From positions 992,001-1,056,000 of the forward strand of contig JANHCV010000012.1 in assembly GCA_025594325.1 (NCBI GenBank): a stretch of 64,000 bases of DNA, written 5' to 3'. Both the position numbers and the translations under genes were made by a program. Of the stretch, positions 59,101 through 64,000 are shown one piece after another (position 1 is the stretch's first letter; every line of letters starts with the position of its first letter). This stretch comes from Blastocladiella emersonii ATCC 22665 (taxonomy: Eukaryota > Fungi > Blastocladiomycota). Under the pieces are notes generated by a model that saw nothing but the letters and a program-made list of their open reading frames with translations, was not told the origin of the DNA and made no database searches.

Positions 59101-59301
59101 CGTGCATCCGACGTTGCGCAGGTCACGACCCTCGCACAGGAGCACGCTATGGGTGTTGTGACTCTCAACGGCGTGGTAACGAAGCAAGTTCATGGGCCGG
59201 GTCTCGCCGCAAGGCCGCAAGGTCGGGCCCGTTCCGAGCCAGGTGGCACTCGTGGGCGTTATAGTCAGCAAGTTGCCGGGTCCGTTGCATTTAGTCTCCA
59301 T
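56114..59301 (-). pseudogene. DUF4470-domain protein (~1,060 codons) of the fungal DUF4470/MYND type, disrupted
   Basis: GETRPMNLL...LLCEGRDLRNVGCTL...HDSQPEVIARCLMTL resembles the DUF4470 consensus. There is a frameshift near 57,730 and an in-frame TGA at 57437-57439. Only CYMC remains at the C-terminus. Confidence 0.6.
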
Positions 59302-59617
59302 TGGAATAACATGTGTCTAGTGTCGGTAGGGAGGGTGGTGGGTGCGGAGGCCTCGAAGGAAGCCGGCCAAGCCCGCTCGCTCGCGGCTGTGGCACATCCC
59401 GTCACCTGCCCAGTCACATGAATTCGAAACGCGTCTCTCGTCCCGCCTGCAACCCTTGCCGCCTGAGACGTTGCGAGAGAGCGGCGAGCCATCGAAGAGT
59501 TGACTCAATAAACAGGTTTAAGACGTTGCCCAAGCTTTCGAGGGGCCGACGAAGACTTAAGTCGCGCTCAAGGGTGTATTTCGTGTTCCGCGTGCTCGGC
59601 AGGTCGGCAGGTCAAGG

Positions 59618-60177
59618 TTACGGTTCAGGGAGGGATGTAGGAGGAGCCGGGGTCGTTGGAGACGAGAGTGTCGAGGGGGGCGGGGCGATCTCGACGGCTG
59701 GCGGGTTGGCGATAAGCTGCTGGTACTCTTGGAACGCAGCCCTACAAGCGAAGCGGGCCTTCAGTACAGGCACGACTTGGAGGTGACTCGAGTCAGCAGA
59801 GCCGTACCGCCGCTTCTCAAGCTCCGCGTTCTGCTCGTTGACCATGGCCTGCATCTGGTCGAGCGACTTGTCGCCGTGCGGGATGGTGTCGAGGATCTTG
59901 AGCGCCTGTGCGTACTTGGCCTCGAGCTCGTACACCTGCACAGCACGGTCATCAGCAGTCTTCAGCATCGGTAAGCCCCAGTTGTAGCCCGTACGGCGCC
60001 GCCGATATCCGCCGCCTTGGCCGGGTCGCCCGACTGGAGCAGGTCGACAATGTACATCAGTTGACCCGTAAAATCAAAGTCCTCGTCGCGGATTTCGGGA
60101 ATGGCCGAGGGCTTGCGGGCATCGGCCGCTTGAGACGTTGCACCAGGTCGCGATGTTGGTGGGTTCATGGCATTCAT
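59618..60177 (-). CDS. Mediator subunit Med9-like protein
   Basis: Spliced product EDFDFTGQLMYIVDLL...VYELEAKYAQALKILDTIPHGDKSLDQMQAMVNEQNAELEKRRAAFQEY resembles the Med9 pattern. Introns 59936-59994 and 59742-59807. Confidence 0.55.
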
Positions 60178-60436
60178 GTTTGGTGAGTGGGTTCGAGAGC
60201 GGCGACGAGAAAGCGACGGCGAACAAGCCGTGCGAATCAATGCGCCACAATCACGCCGTGGCGCAGCGCGTCTCCGCCCCACGGCGGAAAGCGGACTCAC
60301 GGATGCCCCTGGAAACAAGGCATGTATACACATTGGGGAACGAACGTTCGCATCCTGCAGCAGCTTTACAATGATGGAATTCATTCAGCGTGTTTGAACC
60401 ATTAGCGGAAAGGTTATCGATTCCAGCTTCTTCGCT

Positions 60437-61219
60437 TCAAGGCTTGCCGTCCTCGCCCCACCAGGGAAACGGATTGATCAATTCAACCACGTCCATGTCA
60501 TCAAGGCCAAGCTACTCAGGGTAAAGAAATTCAGTGAGCTCGGTGGAGGTGAAATTGCCCATGACGCGCGCAAAGCGTACCTCCTCCAAGGACAACTTGC
60601 AACGCGGGTTCACCTTGTAGCCATCGGGGTGGAGAAATCGTAGATCGTCGGGCTTTCTCCCGTGGTGTTGGCTTGCAGCTAGGGCAAGTTTGTGAAACGG
60701 ACGCTTTCGTTTGGCCTTGAACTCTACCAAGGAGGAGAGGGCGGGCGAGGTAAACATGGCCTCCATTTGGGCGCGTCTCGGTCGAGTGCACCGTACCCAA
60801 ACTTTTGCCGCTTTCAAGACGTCGAAATATCACGGTATTTTCTTCATTCCGGCGGCGCTTTCGGTCCTTCTCAGCCTCGCCGTCATGCTGCGTGCTGGCA
60901 GATTTAGCCTCGTCACGCTGCTGCACAGCTGGCGCGTCGGTCGCCTCGCAGCTCTGCGGGCGAGATTCCTAGATCACGGGTGTCCCTCCTCAGCCAGCGG
61001 TCTCGCAGCAGCAAGGTGTTCAAGATCACGCACTTCCACGTCCGCTGCCTTGCTATTGATCTCGGCCCACTGCGGGTCGTCCTTGACCGCCCGGACGAGG
61101 TGGCGCAGCACGGCCGTGTCCGGATCGAGGGCCAGCAGGGGCTCGAGCTTCTGGAGCAGCGCGCCCTGCGTCTGCACGAGCTGCTCCAGCTTCGAAATGC
61201 GGTCTTTCATCTGTTGCAT
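60437..61219 (-). CDS. Coiled-coil plus single SUMO-like-domain protein (~191 aa)
   Basis: Introns 60969-61033, 60724-60796 and 60512-60580 all keep the frame, giving LESGKSLEFKAKRKRPFHKLALAASQHHGRKPDDLRFLHPDGYKVNPRCKLSLEELGLDDMDVVEL. The start is tentative. Confidence 0.65.
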
Positions 61220-61669
61220 AGAGTCTTCATTCGAGTTCGACAAGGCAGCGGTCTTACTTTGTTCCGGCGAGGGAAGCTTGGAAGCAGGTCCGATCGCCTC
61301 GATGCAAGAGCGCCAGGCCCTGGCGCGGCGCGTGATTGTGGCTCAACGCGCTTTCTCCTCGCGTTTTCTCCCGCGAAACCCGCCGTCCGTGAGCATCCAG
61401 TTTCCGCCGCGCGATTGAGTTTTCCACCAAAAACCATCCAAAGCCCGCTAATATGTGGCCTGATCTCGATCTCGGGAGCTGCGCGTCGCATCGAGGCGTG
61501 TGACACCGCGAGACACGGTCACGCGAGACCACCACGTGGCGCAGCGCGCCTTTTAACGAGTTTGACGTGCTGTTTCCGGCGCTGTTCCTTTAAGTGCTTT
61601 TCACCCTTGTCGGGCACCTACTCTACTTGCGTCACGTCGTGCGCTGCTGTACTACCAACTGGTCGATAC

Positions 61670-63563
61670 TCAAGATGAGAACACCATGAAAATGCGCCAG
61701 CGTGACTGCATGATCAATATAATAACAGCATGGATTTTGCTCGTTCGCTCACTTGCGCCGCAGAGTTTGGCCGCCGGAGCTGCACCCCGCAAATCTGCGA
61801 TCCCCTTTCTGGTGATGTTCCTGCACCCGAGAATCCCAACAACCTGAACCTCGGAATGTAAATAGCCTGCCAGGATCTTGATTCCCGCGTCCGTGATCGG
61901 GTTGTGGTCCACCACTAGCTTAGCCAGCGACGGTGGCAACGCGGGCGCCGGAACTACGGCACACGTGTCGTCAAACCGCAACGAGCGCAGGCACAAGTCT
62001 TCGAGGCCCTGCGACATCGCCCGTACAAAAGAGCGGAGGATCGTTGGTGAGAGCGAGCTTCCCGTCAAATTGAGCTTTCGAAGGCTGGGCGGAACGTGTG
62101 TAGTCCAGGGGACTCGACGCCAAACGACCACTGTTTTGTGCGGCTGATGTCGAGCGATTCGAGTCTGGGCAAGCTTGCGACGAGTAGACGCAGCTCATCG
62201 GGGGTAAATGTAGTAGCTGTGCAAGATGGAGAGGCTCGAGATCGAGGACGGAATGCTCTTGTACAACATTCCGCTGGTTTCTTCTGTAGCTTGAGCGAGG
62301 GAGTTGTCTCGAGAACGAGAGTTTGGAGGCCTGTGCACAGACGGAGTGCGGCTGCGAGTGCAAGTGCCGCTTGCTCCTCGAGCCGAGCCTCACAGATGGC
62401 GAGCTTGAGCAATTTCGTCGGCAGCGACCAGGTCCGTTTGCTTGCAGCTCCGGTCAGACCCGAAAAAAGCGCATTCAAGTTCGGCTCACCCTTGAACCCT
62501 GAACCAGACAGTTTCAGCTCGACCAGCGTCAAAGGTAGCTTCGGCCGGGCGAGCAACAGCACAGGGCCGCTGACATGGATGGAAAGCGACGCGAGATGAG
62601 GTGGCCAAGTCCATCGGCCGAGATCAAGTGGGCACACAGTCGAAAAGTCCCAACCTGCGCCGAGATCAAGCTTCACAAGCGTTGGCGGAAGCTGCAGCGA
62701 GAACAAACGTTGCCAATCAACGGTACATCCGTCAAGTCGCAGCGGATCGAACGGCTTGATTTGGGCTAGAGAAGGCCGCGTTGAGGGCAGCGATGCCGGC
62801 TGTTAGGATCGAGTAGGCTGGTTTTCAAATTTGAGATCGAGTACACGGCCAGCAGCAATGTCCTCGATGAGCGCAAAAACAGCGCCATCAGGTGAAGGCG
62901 AAGCGGCACGACGGGTCCCCATTCCAAGGGCGAGCTGCTGGATCGCCGAAAGCTTCGCATAATGTCCGTTGTCCAGGGTTCCCGCGAGTCCGGAGTCTCG
63001 CCACCATTCGGTCAGAACTAATCGACCAGCACTTGCGGCCCTGGCAATCGATTCGTGCGGGCAATGTTCGCTCGTGAGGCTGCCTAATGCATGCAGCTTT
63101 GCAGGAAGCTTGACCTTACCAGCGGTGCTCGCATGCTTGAGGTTGAGGTCCGAACCGATGCGGAAGATGGTCCGGATAACGCGCGATACAAGCTCTTCAG
63201 GCAGCACGCGCGAGTACTGCGAAAGTCCGTTCCAGTCGCGCGGGTCGCTATGCAGGTGCACTGCACGAACCATGATGCTTTCCAGCAAGTCGCATATCAC
63301 TAGGTGTCTGAGTACTCAAGCTGGCGGCCCGAGCGGTGCCAAATATCAAGCACATAAAGCTGGCCAGCCATGCTCGCCTCGTCCATCGAGATCAGAAAAA
63401 GCTGCTGCACAACGGCACGCTGGACATCGGGTGCGCGCGCGGATGGCAGAACGCTCGAGTACTGCAGAATCTCGTTGATGTCGGGTGGGCATGAGAGCTG
63501 AACCGCGTTGCACAGCACGAGCTCAAGCACACAATCCGGAATTCGAGGTTGCATTAGCTTCAT
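61670..63563 (-). pseudogene. LRR family copy 5 (inverted, duplicated N-terminal module, fragmented LRRs)
   Basis: MKLMQPRIPDCVLELVL...ISMDEASMAGQLYVLDIWHRSG* is followed by a second ICDLLESIMVRAVHLH...ASAGRLVLTEWWRDSGL module. LRR fragments lie at 62065-62706 and 61670-62131. Confidence 0.68.
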
Positions 63564-63789
63564 CCTTGCGCCCGACCTGGGTCTCACTGCGGCAGAAGAA
63601 AGAGCGGGCGGTGAGGGACGAAGGTCCGGACGAAGGTGTGGCGACGAGGGCGTCGCCCGTTCCCCTGAGCGCCCGCCCGCAAGCATGTGGCGTCAGGCAG
63701 TGCTTGTGGCGTCGCCTCACCGCTGCGTGATCAACCTGCCATAGCTAGTGTGGCGCAGCGCGTTCGCCTAACGACGACCAAGAGCCACC

Positions 63790-64000
63790 CGCACAATGCC
63801 GCGACGCAAGCACTAGGTGTGTGTGCTGCGCACACACTTGGGTCTCAGCTGTAGCTTTAGTCTGCCGTGTCGATGATGAGAACAGCAGCGCAGGTACAAC
63901 GCGCGCGGTAGGCACGCGTCCATGGCCAACTCCCCCACGGCCATGAGCATCGTGGCCGCGGAAAATCACGTTATTCGGTTGAGCAAGCACTCTCGCCGTG
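63790..64000 (-). pseudogene. Second PIF1-relic fragment (inverted copy of ~20,357-20,495 plus a short patch of ~21,040), runs off the window
   Basis: The reverse complement of 63961-64000 matches 20357-20395. 63815-63900 matches ~20407-20495. The GTCGCGGCATTGT patch matches ~21042. Confidence 0.8.

Noticed and set aside
59618-60384. Two frameshifted ORFs suggesting a pseudogene
   Set aside because: A canonical 59-bp intron (59936-59994) joins them in phase into a Med9-like gene.

Overview
This is eukaryotic, GC-rich, intron-containing DNA. Introns are mostly 55-77 bp with GTAC/GTAT donors and CTGAC/CTAAC branch points. The style suggests an early-diverging fungus, probably Blastocladiomycota; this is an inference. 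Intact, strongly GC3-biased genes include a two-RRM nucleolin-like protein, SCO1, an RMND1/DUF155 protein, an ALE1-type MBOAT, mago nashi, ribosomal eL8/L7a, a membrane J-domain protein, a Med9-like protein, a SUMO-like-domain protein and a ~2,010-aa orphan membrane protein. These alternate with lower-GC accessory blocks carrying many frameshifts and stops. The accessory blocks hold (i) a five-member family with an F-box-like N-terminus, ankyrin-like repeats and RNI-like LRRs (four tandem copies at 8.3-16.0 kb, one inverted copy at 61.7-63.6 kb); (ii) PIF1-helicase, RNase H and DUF4470 relics; and (iii) a ~16.4-kb palindrome (~37,260-53,650). The palindrome's inner arms (39,037-44,609 and 46,303-51,881) look identical apart from one homopolymer. 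Its outer ~1.8-kb arms are clearly diverged but stay in the same register. It carries four copies of an F-box-like, CxxC-rich gene family. The palindrome and the two F-box-like families are the most notable features. No tRNA, rRNA or CRISPR array was found.
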